The notes under the pieces are model-generated. The model made no database searches. It saw nothing but the letters and a program-made list of their open reading frames with translations, and was not told the DNA's origin. From Eledone cirrhosa (taxonomy: Eukaryota), in contig OZ024748.1 in NCBI GenBank assembly GCA_964016885.1, positions 6,386,001-6,450,000 of the forward strand: a stretch of DNA of 64,000 nucleotides, in the 5' to 3' direction. The position numbers and the translations under genes were made by a program. Shown here in pieces: positions 40,855-55,250 of the stretch. Numbering within the stretch: position 1 is the first letter of the stretch; each line of letters begins with the position of its first letter.

Positions 40855-40968
40855 AACAACAGAAATGTGGTAAGGAACCAGATGGACCATAACGCACCAG
40901 AGTACTCAATACTTAGGGTAGTAGAGTGGGAAATAGGAAAAAGTATGACCGGGGTCATACTTTTTCCT
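40855..40968 (-). mobile_element. Family B copy with collapsed hairpin
   Basis: Tail plus TAGGAAAAAGTATGACC-GG-GGTCATACTTTTTCCTA. Confidence 0.85.
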
Positions 40969-41020
40969 ATATATATATATATATATATTGTTATATTTGG
41001 GGAGGGTCATATTGCAAGAA

Positions 41021-41071
<51 letters not shown>

Positions 41072-41364
41072 TGTATATAATGTATGTATGTATATATGTA
41101 TATATGTATATATGTATGTATGTATATATGTATATATGTATGTATGTATGTATGTATGTAGGTAGGTATGTAGGTAGGTAGGTAGTCAAGACAGTCATTG
41201 CCGTTGTTGCTGTTGTAGTGGTGGTGGTAGCTGTCATGAGGTGAGGTGTGTTGTGATGATGGTGATTCTAGTGGTGGGCCAGAACCTGGGGTTGTAGTGA
41301 TGCTGGTTGTGGTCGTATTTGCGCAAGTAGCGGCCATATAGTTGTTAGGGTGCGTCGGCGGTGC

Positions 41365-41970
41365 TGGTGGTGGTGGTAGTGGTAGTGGTGGTGGCAGTGT
41401 TTGTGGCAGAGGTGGAGGTGGTTTGGCGACGGTGTAGGTGGTGGTGGTGGTGGTAGTGGTAGTGGTAGTGGTGGCAGTGTTTGTGGCAGAGGTGGAGGTG
41501 GTTTGGCGACGGTGTAGGTGCTGGTGGTGGTGGTAGTGGTAGTGGTGGCAGTGTTTGTGGCAGAGGTGGAGGTGGTTTGGCGACGGTGTAGGTGGTGGTG
41601 GTGGTGGTAGTGGTAGTGGTAGTGGTGGCAGTGTTTGTGGCAGAGGTGGAGGTGGTTTGGCGACGGTGTAGGTGCTGGTGGTGGTGGTAGTGGTAGTGGT
41701 AGTGGTGGCAGTGTTTGTGGCAGAGGTGGAGGTGGTTTGGCGATGGTGTAGGTGCTGGTGGTAGTGGTAGTGGTAGTGGTGGCAGTGTTTGTGGCAGAGG
41801 TGGAGGTGGTTTGGCGACGGTGTAGGTGCTGCTGGTGGTGGTAGTGGTAGTGGTGGCAGTGTTTGTGGCAGAGGTGGAGGTGGTTTGGCGACGGTGTAGG
41901 TGCTGCTGGTGGTGGTAGTGGTAGTGGTAGCAGTGTTTGTGGCAGAGGTGGAGGTGGTTTGGCGACGGTG
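41365..41970. repeat. G-rich ~74-80-bp minisatellite, 8 copies
   Basis: Core GCAGTGTTTGTGGCAGAGGTGGAGGTGGTTTGGCGACGGTGT separated by variable (GGT)n(AGTGGT)n. Confidence 0.9.
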
Positions 41971-42343
41971 TTTGCGGTGGTAGTGAAATATTGCTAGTTC
42001 GATGATGAGTAAGTAGAAGATGATATGGGACCAGAGAGAAGGATTATCCATGCTAGTGAACCGATTGATTACCCATCGGAATAGTCAGAGATTTGACCAC
42101 ACCCACCTATGCCTCACCCTCCGCCACCTTTATGTCACCCCACCACACAACTACACCTTACCCACCCTATGCCCACTGTCTTAAAGTGATTAATTCGGCT
42201 GTCATGTAATGGTGTCTGAAAGGTATATCAAGGTTTGGTTACGTAGTTGTTGTTGTTGGTGGTGGTGGTGGTGGGAGGGGTGGAGTTTGTAGTGGGGGGT
42301 GGGTGGATGTGTTGGTGGGATTGGTGGTAGTGGTGGTGGTGGT

Positions 42344-42374
42344 GCAGCAGCAGCAACAGAAGCAGCAGCAGCAA

Positions 42375-42422
<48 letters not shown>

Positions 42423-42497
42423 AAGCAGGAGCAGCAGCAGCAGAGCATCAGCAGTAGTAGCAGTAGTAGTAGTAGTAGTAGTAGTAGTAGCAGGAGC

Positions 42498-42541
<44 letters not shown>

Positions 42542-42554
42542 AAGCATGAGCAGC

Positions 42555-42598
<44 letters not shown>

Positions 42599-42605
42599 CA
42601 GAAGC

Positions 42606-42652
<47 letters not shown>

Positions 42653-42689
42653 AAGCAGCAGCAGCAGTAGTAGTAGTAGAAGCAGCAAC

Positions 42690-42748
<59 letters not shown>

Positions 42749-42758
42749 AAGCAGCAAC

Positions 42759-42814
<56 letters not shown>

Positions 42815-42824
42815 AAGCAGCAAC

Positions 42825-42877
<53 letters not shown>

Positions 42878-42923
42878 CAGCAGCAGCATCAGCAGCAGTA
42901 GTAGTAGTAGTAGTAGTAGTAGT

Positions 42924-42991
<68 letters not shown>

Positions 42992-43001
42992 AAGCAGCAA
43001 C

Positions 43002-43036
<35 letters not shown>

Positions 43037-43082
43037 CAGTAGTAGTAGTAGTAGTAGTAGTAGCAGTAGTAGCAGTAGCAGT
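42344..43082. repeat. (AGT)n/(AGC)n compound microsatellite
   Basis: Read directly; source of the poly-S, poly-T and poly-L ORFs. Confidence 0.95.
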
Positions 43083-43384
43083 TGAGGTAGTATCGGTTGC
43101 AGTAGTGATACTTCTAAAAGTATTCAAACGCCCTTTGTAAGTGTTCCAGCGGAGAGGCGGTGATACGACCCCGTGACCACAGTAGAGTCATAGTAGAATG
43201 GACAATGGAGGAAGAAAAACAGGGTGGGCTGATAGGAGTGGTCAAGTATAGTCTTGTATGTATGTGTGACGGTGTGGGGGTTAATGTTAGGCTGTGATGA
43301 GAGGGGGACCGTGGAAACAACGGTTAAGTGTGGACAAAACGGGAAAATTATGAAATTTAAGAAATGATTACGAAGTATTAAAAA

Positions 43385-43945
43385 ATGTATATATGTATAT
43401 GCATTTATGTATATGTATTTATGTATATGTATTTATGTATATGTATTTATGTATATGCATTTATGTATATGCATTTATGTATATGTATTTATGTATATGC
43501 ATTTATGTATATGCATTTATGTATATGTATATATGTATATACATTTATGTATATGCATTTATGTATATGCATATATGTATATACACTTATGTATATGCAT
43601 TTATGTATATGCATTTATGTATATGCATTTATGTATATGCATTTATGTATATGCATATATGTATATGCATATATGTATATACACTTATGTATATGCATTT
43701 ATGTATATGTATTTATGTATATGCATTTGTGTATATGTATATATGTATATGCATTTATGTATATGTATATATGTATATGCATTTATGTATATGCATTTAT
43801 GTATATGCATTTATGTATATGCATTTATGTATATGCATTTATGTATATGCATTTATGTATATGCATTTATGTATATGCATTTATGTATATGCATTTATGT
43901 ATATGTATTTATGTATATGCATTTATGTATATACATTTATGTATA

Positions 43946-43950
<5 letters not shown>
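43385..43950. repeat. 14-bp minisatellite (TATATGCATTTATG)n, about 40 copies
   Basis: Read directly. Confidence 0.9.
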
Positions 43951-44018
<68 letters not shown>

Positions 44019-44705
44019 ATCCCAAGCTTTAATATGTAAAACATTCTCTTAACATGAATGACAGTTGACAAAGGATACTTGAGCAATGTTGTAAGGTTAA
44101 TATGTTCGTCTCACCGTGTGAAATAACACAACACAAATCCAAAAATAAACACACACATACACACACTTAAACACACACTTACACACACTCACAAACACAC
44201 AACCACACATACAGACGTGTACACTCTAATATATTCCATAAATATGTATATGAATGTGATAAATTGTTTATATGATATAATGTATAAGCCCGCATTCCTA
44301 CATACTTTTCATTCAGGCAGGATATCAATGAGTATATATCACTGACTAACATTCTATCGTCCATATTGTAATCTGCTATTTATATCATTGTTGTAGTTGT
44401 TATTGATGAGTTGTTGTTTTTGTCATCCAATTATTGATTCAATAAATACCAGGATTTAAACTGTTCATAAATAGAGATTTAAATCATAAAACAGGTTGTT
44501 GAAATGGGAATATTATACACGGATAGGTGGATACATGAACGGTTGGTGAGATGAATAGAAGAGAAGGAAACGAATTTTAAAGGATGTACTGATGCATGTG
44601 TGTACGCATGTCATGCATACACACATGCATATATATATATAATATATATATTTATATTTTGACATTACTGTTGGCTTCTTGCTCACACTAATTTCTATAT
44701 TTTCA

Positions 44706-44755
<50 letters not shown>

Positions 44756-44787
44756 GTGCAACCAAGCAGTATTCTTCTCCCCATGTT

Positions 44788-44864
<77 letters not shown>

Positions 44865-45014
44865 TATATATATACACAATGCTTGAACCTAATATAGCTG
44901 TGTAATTTTGCTTCCTGTGTTTTGTTTTGTTTCATTTATTAACTATACACACACACCCACATATATATATATATATATACACACATATATATATATATAT
45001 ATACACATATATAT

Positions 45015-45092
<78 letters not shown>

Positions 45093-46660
45093 GTAGATAT
45101 AACTCTACAGTTATAGGAAATTAGCGAATTGTTTCCAGCCATGAGTTTTCCAGTTCCATGCTACAATTTGGCATTTTCGGCAATTGTGTCTTTCTTACCT
45201 TTGGTCGATCTAAGCTCAGGCAGAAAACCTAGGTTGGCAGAAATACCTGTCTAATGGATTGCATCTGTAATTCTAGCCTTTAAACCACAAATCTACGAGA
45301 CAACGAGGAAACCTTTTCAGGATCGCTCGACCTGCTAGAAGTAACGCTGAAATCTTCCTCAGATCGCACAACACGGCATCCTTTAGTGGGATACATTGTT
45401 AATGTAGTTCTGGGTTCATAGCTCAAAGGAAAACGATGGGATGGACACGGCTGAAATACACTTATGCTCTATCAGTGACAAACTAAGTTTAAACAATAAC
45501 GACATCATGATTATGAGGTATTGAGGAGGGCTTTTCTTGGCCAATCAATCTGCTAGAATTAGGAGCCAAGTCCATCTCAAATCACACTCCACTCCATCAT
45601 TTTCTTGCGCATAGGAATAAGATGAGATTGGCCTAGCTAGAATGTATTTGACCTGGGGTCTGATCTATGAAAGCTGATGTGGTTCTAAACAACAACAACT
45701 ATAACAACGACAACAACAACTACTACACCAGCAACAAATACAAAAACAGCAACTAGAACAAAAACAATAACAATTATAACAACAATAACTACAGTAAAAA
45801 CAACAACTACAACTATAATGAAACCACCACAACCAACACCACAACCAACACCACCACCACCACCATCACCACCACCACCACCACCACCACCATCACCACC
45901 ACCACCACCACCATCCTCACCGCCAGTGACGCCATTGCGGTAGCAACGGTGATTGTATACACAGGAGCGAGAAATTGAACGAGAGGTTCTCGGATAGTTA
46001 GAACAAAGAAGAAAGAGAAAGTGAGGGATGTATTTATTTAAATGAGGGATTAAATTTAAGCTGGTAAGGGCTGCATCTGTCCATCCGTCAGCCTGTCTGT
46101 CCATTCGTCCTCCTTCTAGTGTGTGTGTGACCAGGATGACAGGCGGACAAGAGGGCGGACTGACTGACACACAGACAGACACAATCGGGATCAAATAAAA
46201 AAACGACGTTTATCATAGCTTAAGTTATTCCAACACTGAATTAACTCCCAGCTACCTACTCACGCACATACAGGTGGTGGTGGTGGTGGTGTCGGTGGTG
46301 TCAGTGGTGTCCGTGCCGGTGGGGATGGTGGTGTCAGTGATGGTAGGGGTGGAGGTGTCAGTGATGGTAGGGGTGGAGGTGTCAGTGGCGGTGTTCGCGT
46401 TCGTGATGGTGGAGGCGATGGTGGAGTGCCTTAGAAAGGATGGCGATGATGATGATGATGATCATGCCAGCAATGAGGTACAATGGGGAAAGAAAATATG
46501 AAAAAGCGAAACACAGGAGACTGTGAGTGTTTGTTTGTTTGTATGTCCGTGTCATCTTATGATATTGACCAATGGAACTTCATGTTGAGAGTTGGTCCTC
46601 TATAGACAACCAATCACATACAAGGGAGTAGAACTCCAACACAAACACTCACACACTCTG

Positions 46661-46743
<83 letters not shown>

Positions 46744-46747
<4 letters not shown>

Positions 46748-46990
46748 GATTGGTGCTATGAAATAGCGATGTATACATGAATGTATGTATAGTATAAATA
46801 GCAATATAATGTATGTTTAATTAACAACATTTAGAAGACCATCCGCTATCAGTTTTACAGTAGTCACTTTTTTTCTCCGAAAAGAAGTAAGTGACATAGT
46901 CACTACTTTAAAACTGATAGCGTATGGTCTTCTAAATGTTGTTAATTAAACATACGGTATATTGCCAAATATACTTTACATACATTCATA
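46744..46990 (-). mobile_element. Hairpin-plus-tail element with ~85-90-bp imperfect arms
   Basis: ATGAATGTATG...TTAATTAACAACATTTAGAAGACCAT.CGCTATCAGTTTTA inverts onto TAAAACTGATAGCG.ATGGTCTTCTAAATGTTGTTAATTAA...CATACATTCAT. ~30-bp unpaired tail on the left. Confidence 0.75.
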
Positions 46991-47002
46991 TATATATATA
47001 TA

Positions 47003-47178
47003 ACTAGTTTCAGAAGATCCCTTAATAGGGTGAAAGCAGCGATTCTTTATTAAATTTAATCTGTATGAATAATAAATATTTGCTGTACGGGTTTATATAT
47101 ACTTTTTTTATATATAAAATCTTTATCGAGCTCTCTTCAGATTTTGGTCTTCGTAATTATCATTATTATTATTATTAT
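47003..47178 (+). mobile_element. Family E copy with a degenerate hammerhead core
   Basis: CAGAAGA(47011-47017)-TCCC-TTAATA-GGGT-GAAA(47032-47035). Tail motif TATCGAGCTC (47124-47133). Confidence 0.65.
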
Positions 47179-48170
47179 ATATAGCGGTTCGATGAAAGAA
47201 ATAGCCTGCTCAGGGTCTTAATGTGTAAGTGGCTGAGAATTCAACAAGTACGGGTACTAATGATATAATTTTCAAGGAGATTCAACGTGACGGAGATCAG
47301 CCCTTGGAATTACCAAAACACTTTATCCATCGAGCTTCCAAACAGTTACCGTCTACATTAATTCAATCACAAGGCATGGGTCGATACATGATAATGTTAA
47401 AAGGGTCATGCTCAAGAAGTCATTGCTTTGGACCCAACCAGTGATCCAGTGATTGCGAAGCCTACCACTTAGAAATTCGACCATGCTGTGCCCATGTTAG
47501 CTGAATATTTATATAATAAATGTGGAGGTTTAATTATGGCTAATGTTTTCTAAATTAGCAATAATCACTATAGCGAACATGCTAGGAGATATTTAACGTT
47601 ATAGTCAGGCCGAGCAAGCAAGGGGCATAATTGCGAATGTTTCTGACTTCTTAATACTCGTCGGTGGCTGATCTTTGTACTTCCTAGCTTCAAGAATCTA
47701 GCTTGCTGTACAAAGATATATTGAAATAATGTAATTATTTAAAAGCGTGTATCTGTGTGTGCGCATGACTGTGTGTGTGTTTTTGAGTGTGCGAGTGTGT
47801 TTGTGTATATGTGTGTGTGTCAGTATGCGCATGTCTTTTTGTACATGTACAGTGCGTATATGACTGTGTTCATGTGTTATGCTCGCTTAGCAGAGAGGCA
47901 ACACATTGTCTACGCTTGCACGCATGCACACGTAAACACACACATAATCTCCCACACAAACAGACACACACACACGCACACACACACACACACATGCACG
48001 CGCACACACATTTATTTACACAAACACTCACATACAGTCTTACACACACATTGACAAGAATACACTTAAATGCATGTACATATATATATTACTAAGAGTA
48101 CACATATAAGGACACACACACACGCGCGCGTGCATATATATATATATATACACATACACACACACATATA

Positions 48171-48241
<71 letters not shown>

Positions 48242-48415
48242 GTATGTATGTATATATATACACAGAGAATCCTGTCGAGGTTGGTATATTCATGAAACAC
48301 ACCAACGCTGCTCTCCCGCCCTTTAGACGCTGTACATTTTTTATCTTTTGTGCATTATCACATGACTAATACGTACTGAGCACGAACACTGGAGTGAATT
48401 TTGCCTGGTTATATA

Positions 48416-48449
<34 letters not shown>

Positions 48450-48502
48450 CTCTATGTATATATAAATATATATATATATATTTATATATATATACATATT
48501 TG

Positions 48503-48556
<54 letters not shown>

Positions 48557-48594
48557 AACACACACACTCACTCACACTTAAATGTACATACATA

Positions 48595-48636
<42 letters not shown>

Positions 48637-48804
48637 TCTGTGCAGCATATATTACTACACGTGCATGAGTGATTCGGTGTGCAAGTGATCATATATCGGG
48701 GTAGGTGGGTTATGTCAATGACACTGTGTCTATGAATAGAAGGGCTTCTTATTATACTATACGTTGATGTCTAAACATGTATGTATAAAGTGGTGTGTGT
48801 ATTG

Positions 48805-48845
<41 letters not shown>

Positions 48846-49069
48846 ATGTGTGTGTGTGTGTGTGTGTGTATGTCTCTGTATGAGTGTGTGTGTATGTCTC
48901 TGTATGCCTGCGCGTAGATATACATTATAAGTACCTTCACATGTTCTCTTTACGTGTGGTATTATATATAATACATAACCATATATATATATATATATAT
49001 ATACATATATAAATATATATATATGTGTGTATATATATTTATATATATATATGTATATATATCTACATC

Positions 49070-49125
<56 letters not shown>

Positions 49126-49186
49126 CGTGTGTGTGTGTGTGTGTACATCTCTATTCGTACTTGTGCATTTGTTAATGTGTATAGAA

Positions 49187-49260
<74 letters not shown>

Positions 49261-49515
49261 TCGTATCTCCATGTGTAGGCTCGTGCGGTGTAGCGTGAGT
49301 GGCTGTTAGGCCATGGCACGTGTGTTGGAGATAACACTTAGATTACTAAAGATAGGCCACCCTCCTCTAAACCTGCCGTTAATCTGATCCTCTTTTACGA
49401 CTAACTAATGCCTCTTGTAATACAATATAGAATCATTTTAATCCAGGCTTTACATTTACCTACACCCTTATTTCATTGGGTCTTTATTCCTGTTGTTTTG
49501 TTGTTGTTATTGCTG

Positions 49516-49923
49516 TATTGGCAGTATCGGTAGAGTGTCGGCACCATGAGTTCAAATCCTGCCATGGTTAGCTTTGCTTTTCATCCTTACGGGGTCGAAA
49601 TATAAAGCCTCCAGTAATGCACTGAGGTTGATTTAATTGAATTCCCCCTCCCCCAAATTGCTGGCCTTGTGCCTAAATCAGAAACCATTATTAATAATAT
49701 TAAAGGGAGGTGGATTGGCAGTATCGGTAGAAGATCGGACGCCATGCTTTGAAGCATAGAGTTACGACCCTTTATGATCTGAGTTCAAATCCCGCCGAGG
49801 TTAACTTTGCCTTTCACTCTTACATAGTCGATAAAATAAAGTACCAGTAATGCAAAGGGATCGATTTAATCGACTTCCCCTCCCTTAAAAGTACTGGCCT
49901 TATGCCTAAATCAGAATCCATTA
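49516..49923 (+). mobile_element. Head-to-tail pair of tRNA SINEs (49516-49690 internally deleted; 49704-49923 full)
   Basis: Two sets of A box, B box, core, and tail CCTAAATCAGAA(A/T)CCATTATTAATA. Confidence 0.9.
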
Positions 49924-50141
49924 TTAATATTATTAATAATATTGTTGTTGTTTATTTCTGAACCGTATGCCACGCTTGTTTTTGCTCTGTAAATTCTGTT
50001 GTTTTGTACCGGTTTTACGAACGTTTTTTTGGTAATTGTGCATAGTTCTGTGACTAATGCGATCAACTTCCGATGGAGTTGGTCGTTTTATCCCTTACCT
50101 TTGTCCCCTAAAATTTGCATTTATAATTATTCCCATCACAG

Positions 50142-50446
50142 CTCGAGCCGGCGGGGTTGGATCGAAGAGACGGCAAATGGCCAGACGGCATAACCATCTT
50201 GCGGTTCCACGGTGTTAAACCCCTCATCTGGGATGCGACATGCAGTGAATCTTTCTCCAGCGGCAACCTGCTGCAGACTGCGACTAACCCCGGCTCTGCT
50301 GCACTTTGAGCCGAGGAGGTGAGTTTTTCACCAGATATCGTTCGCTTTCCGACAGGTTTACAGTCGAACCCATAGCAATAGAGATTTCTGGTGTCCTTGG
50401 CCCTAGGACCACCTCCCTACTCACAACCATAGGCATGGAGTTGGCA
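50142..50446 (+). pseudogene. Restriction-like endonuclease (RLE) domain fragment of a CRE-clade non-LTR retrotransposon, with stop and frameshift
   Basis: Translates LEPAGLDRRDGKWPDGITILRFHGVKPLIWDATC...NPGSAAL*AEE and then RYRSLSDRFTVEPIAIEISGVLG. This matches the EPxGL..DGKRPDG..WDxT..AE..K..Y..P.A.E..G signature. Confidence 0.8.
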
Positions 50447-50796
50447 ACCCCAAATATTATTGTTGTTGTTTCTGTTACAGTTATTTCTATACAAGCAATA
50501 GTTGTTGTAACGACCCTTTTAACTTTTTTGTTTTTTTATTCCTTCATATATTCTATGTATTTACTATAAATCAGAAATGTGGAGATATTTATTTATATAT
50601 TTATATACTAGATTATTTGTATGTTGATGTATATATATGTTTATTTACATATATATATATATATTTGTATATATTTTTATATGTATTTATTTACGTTAAA
50701 TGCTGATGTATACTTTGTGATTTTGTTTAATTTTTGGCTTTTTGTTTTAATTCTTCTTTAAGAGATTTGCATTTCTCACAACTGGCACCACATGTT

Positions 50797-50860
<64 letters not shown>

Positions 50861-50914
50861 GTGTGTGTGTGTGTATATATATATATATTTATATATATAT
50901 ATATATATATATAT

Positions 50915-50983
<69 letters not shown>

Positions 50984-51306
50984 TGTATGTATACACAAAT
51001 ATGTATATATATTATATACATATATACACACATACACGTAAACCCTGCCACACGATAAGCTCATTTTTCTCGCCTGCTTCAGCAAAAGTGTAATCTTCAG
51101 GCATTTTTTTTAAATTTATCCTCCTCTCTTTCTTTCTTTCTTTCTTTCTATCTATCTATCTATCTCTATTTCTCTCTCTTTCTTTCTCTCTCTCTCTCTA
51201 TCATTCTCGCTCTCTCATTTTCTCTCAATGTTTCTCTCTCTTTCACTCTCTCTCTCATTTTCTCTCAATATTTCTCTCTCTTTCTCTCTGAAATTTTCTC
51301 TCAATG

Positions 51307-51364
<58 letters not shown>

Positions 51365-51471
51365 GCATTCTCTTCCTTTCTTACGTTCTTTACCAGCTAA
51401 ATTCTCTCTCCCTCTATCTCTCTATATATCTCTGTCATTTTCTCTCTATATATATATATCTCTGTCTCTGT

Positions 51472-51516
<45 letters not shown>

Positions 51517-51801
51517 GCATTCTCTTCCTTTCTTTCGTTCTTCACCAGCTATAATTCTCTCTATATCTCTATCTACCTCATCCTCTGGTTTCTACTCTAT
51601 CTGATATTTTATGTAAACTGTGCAATCTAGACACCATTAGTCAGCAGCACATATGCAGATTATGGTGCAGTTGGCCTGATAAGTCCCCAACAAAGTTTTC
51701 TTTCAAATCCTTCCGGAGATTCTGAAGTATCTCTCATTTATCTTTGGCGTCTGGAATAGAAACTGCTCGAATCTAACTTGTTACATTGATACATACAATT
51801 T

Positions 51802-52250
51802 ATGGACTAACACACACATCTCTGTACTGTGTGTGTGTTGGTGTCTTTGATGGTGTGTTTGAATGGACTAACACACATACATCTGTCTTCTGTGTGTGTG
51901 TGTTGGTGTCTTTGATGGTGTGTTTCAATGGACTAACACACATACATCTGTCTTCTGTGTGTGTGTGTTGGTGTCTTTGATGGTGTGTTTCAATGGACTA
52001 ACACACATACATCTGTCTTCTGTGTGTGTGTGTGTGTTGGTGTCTTTGATGGTGTGTTTCAATGGACTAACACACATACATCTGTCTTCTGTGTGTGTGT
52101 GTTGGAGTCTTTGATGGTGTGTTTGAATGGACTAACACACATACATCTGTGTACTGTGTGTGTGTGTTGGTGTCTTTGATGATGTGTTTGAATGGACTAA
52201 CACACATACATCTGTGTACTGTGTGTGTGTCTGTGTGTGTGTGTTGGTGC
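51802..52250. repeat. ~65-bp minisatellite, 7 copies
   Basis: ATGGACTAACACACATACATCTGTCTTCT(GT)nTGGTGTCTTTGATGGTGTGTTT repeated. Confidence 0.9.
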
Positions 52251-52876
52251 CTTTTAATGTGTATGAATATGTGTGAGGGTGTTGGTGTCTTTTACTGTGT
52301 GTGATGCTGTGCTTAAATGTGTGTTTGAATGTGTGTGCCTATGTATGTGTCGTGTAAGTGTGTATGAGTGTGTTTGAATATGTGTGTTTATGTATGCGTC
52401 ATGTGAGTGTGTATGACTATAAGTGTGATGGTGTGTTTGAATGTGTGTGTTTATGTGTGTGTGAATGTGAATGTGTATATTGAGACTACTTATTATATCC
52501 AGTATATGTATATGTTGATGTATGTTTGTGTGTGGGAGTATTCTGTTTTTAATTATATATGATAGAATTTATGGCGATGTTGTTGTTGTTGTTGGTAGTG
52601 ATGGTGAAAGGAAGATTATCGATGTATATATAGAGTCGTCCATAGGTTTCATAGTATTCTGCTGTATATGGATAGATATATCTGTGTGTGCGCGTGTATA
52701 TATGTATCTATATATCTGTATATGTTTATGTCTATATGCGCGTATGAGTATATGCGTTACTTGTGCGTGAATTTCAATTCTCGATATTTTTACAAGAAAG
52801 AACAATAATATGATTGTGTGCAAAAGTGTACGTACACAAATACACATAAACAAACGCACACAACACATGCATGTGC

Positions 52877-52930
<54 letters not shown>

Positions 52931-53144
52931 ATATGTATGTATGTAAAGAAAATTAGAATTTGGTTTCTCGCTCTAACATAGCGGATACGTAAATGTATTC
53001 GTGACCTTTATGTCGAATAATAATGATATTATTCAATTCGTTTGTAAGCAAACAGCCTCATTATGATATGTTTTTTAGATGACCATCGTCATCCTTTTGT
53101 TCTAGTGGTGGCACATATATATTCTCAAAAGTTCTAGTAAACAC

Positions 53145-53210
<66 letters not shown>

Positions 53211-53375
53211 TTTAGCACATCATCAACGAAGCTTTTGGGTGCAGCCAAGCTAACGAATGCAGTTTCGGTGTGCAGCTAAGCACTCAATAGGGAATAATCC
53301 CTAGAGTTATAACATTACGTTTAGACAGCTTTGCAAATCAAATACAGCGATATATATATATATATATATATACAT

Positions 53376-53427
<52 letters not shown>

Positions 53428-54204
53428 TTGTGTGTGTGTGTGTATACACATACTTGTATACAGACATACACATGCATACATACATACATGTATACATACA
53501 CACACATACATAAACACACACATACATACATATATACATACATACATATACATAAATACATACATACACACACATGCATACAAACATACAGACATACATA
53601 CATACATAGATATACGCAGGTGTAGGTAGCCATTACGATAAATGTGTCCGACCTGTCACAAAAGTCACCAATCTCGCGAGAGGGCGTCCATTTTTCACGA
53701 GTCTTTCTTTTCTTTCTATTTCAATGAAGTTTACAAACAACCACCCCCAATAGATACTATCAGTTGTGGCCAAAGGGTAAACAAAAAGGAAGTTGATTCA
53801 GAGAGGTATTCTCGGCTTTTAGGGGCCGTTACATAAATCATAGGATGTCTTTAGTAAAAGTAAAAAACAAAATGAGATGAAAATAAGGAAAACGAGGAAA
53901 CGAACATTTTTTATGAAAATCAGATATCTGACCCGATTGTTTGACAAATATACACATGCACCACAAACAAATAAACACACACACACACACTCAAATACAG
54001 AGACACATGCACACACCTCATATGCTACACACATAGACACACGCTCACACATGTACTTACATATACAGAGACAAACAAACAAACATACACACAAATAGAC
54101 ATCATATGCCACACATATACATATAATCACACAAATATATAGGTATGTGCGTGTGTAGGTGGGTTTGTATATTCACACACTCATACACACATATTAAAAC
54201 ACAT

Positions 54205-54262
<58 letters not shown>

Positions 54263-54409
54263 CCAGAGAGAATGTAGTAAATGAATACCAGAGAGAATAT
54301 TACTGTACTTTCCGTTCTGAGTTCAAATCCCACCAAGATCAAATTTACCTTTTATCCTTCAGGTCTCAGTACAATAAAGTACCAGTAACGTCCTGGGGTT
54401 GATAAAATT

Positions 54410-54501
<92 letters not shown>

Positions 54502-54570
54502 TATAATATATATATACAAATATATAATATATATATATATATACATATATATAATATATACATATATATA

Positions 54571-54651
<81 letters not shown>

Positions 54652-54827
54652 ATATGTAGATAAATCTACCAAGAGTAGATTTATAATTTTGTATAATTTT
54701 GTACATAGATCTGTTGAATATGCATGCCAATTCTAACACATATATATCCTAGAAACGATCGTTAAATAATGAACTTTTTTTGTTTAATATAAGGAACTGT
54801 TTCATTGTTTTATTCATTATTTTTTTA

Positions 54828-54858
<31 letters not shown>

Positions 54859-54926
54859 GAAAAAAGGAAAAGAATGACTTCACTTCTAAACAATTTAATT
54901 TTATAATATTATAATTTTACAATTTG

Positions 54927-55003
<77 letters not shown>

Positions 55004-55110
55004 GTTTTATGCTTTTGCTTACTATCGAGTACGATGTGTGATGAAGATAATATTGTGTATAATTTTCATTTCGTTGGTCCCTGGTTGGGAATATAGCGAA
55101 TATTCGTCTT

Positions 55111-55250
55111 GAACCTACTTGGTTATAGGTTGTCATTATAGTATGGAGCTGCCCTATTAAAGATCTTCATACTATACTACAGCTTCAAGATTATTCTACT
55201 TAGATTCTTAAAATCGATAGTGAGAAGCTAGATTCAATGAGGAAGATAAG
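55111..55250 (-). pseudogene. Possible highly degenerate Penelope-like RT C-terminal fragment
   Basis: Minus strand reads IFNRAAPYYNDNL*PSRF (55164-55111), resembling the IF..A.P.Y..AL..SG[YF] pattern of Penelope-like RTs. Short and interrupted. Confidence 0.3.

Noticed and set aside
40906-43127. Mucin- or extensin-like ORFs (381 aa and 299 aa)
   Set aside because: The repeat unit lengths are not multiples of 3, so frames rotate. They are fully explained by mini- and microsatellites.
47116-47146. Minus-strand AAAAT-CTGAAGA-GAGCTC-GATA as a hammerhead
   Set aside because: There is no GAAA or UH, and CTGA is not conserved in homologous tails (CTAAAGA, CCGAAGA).
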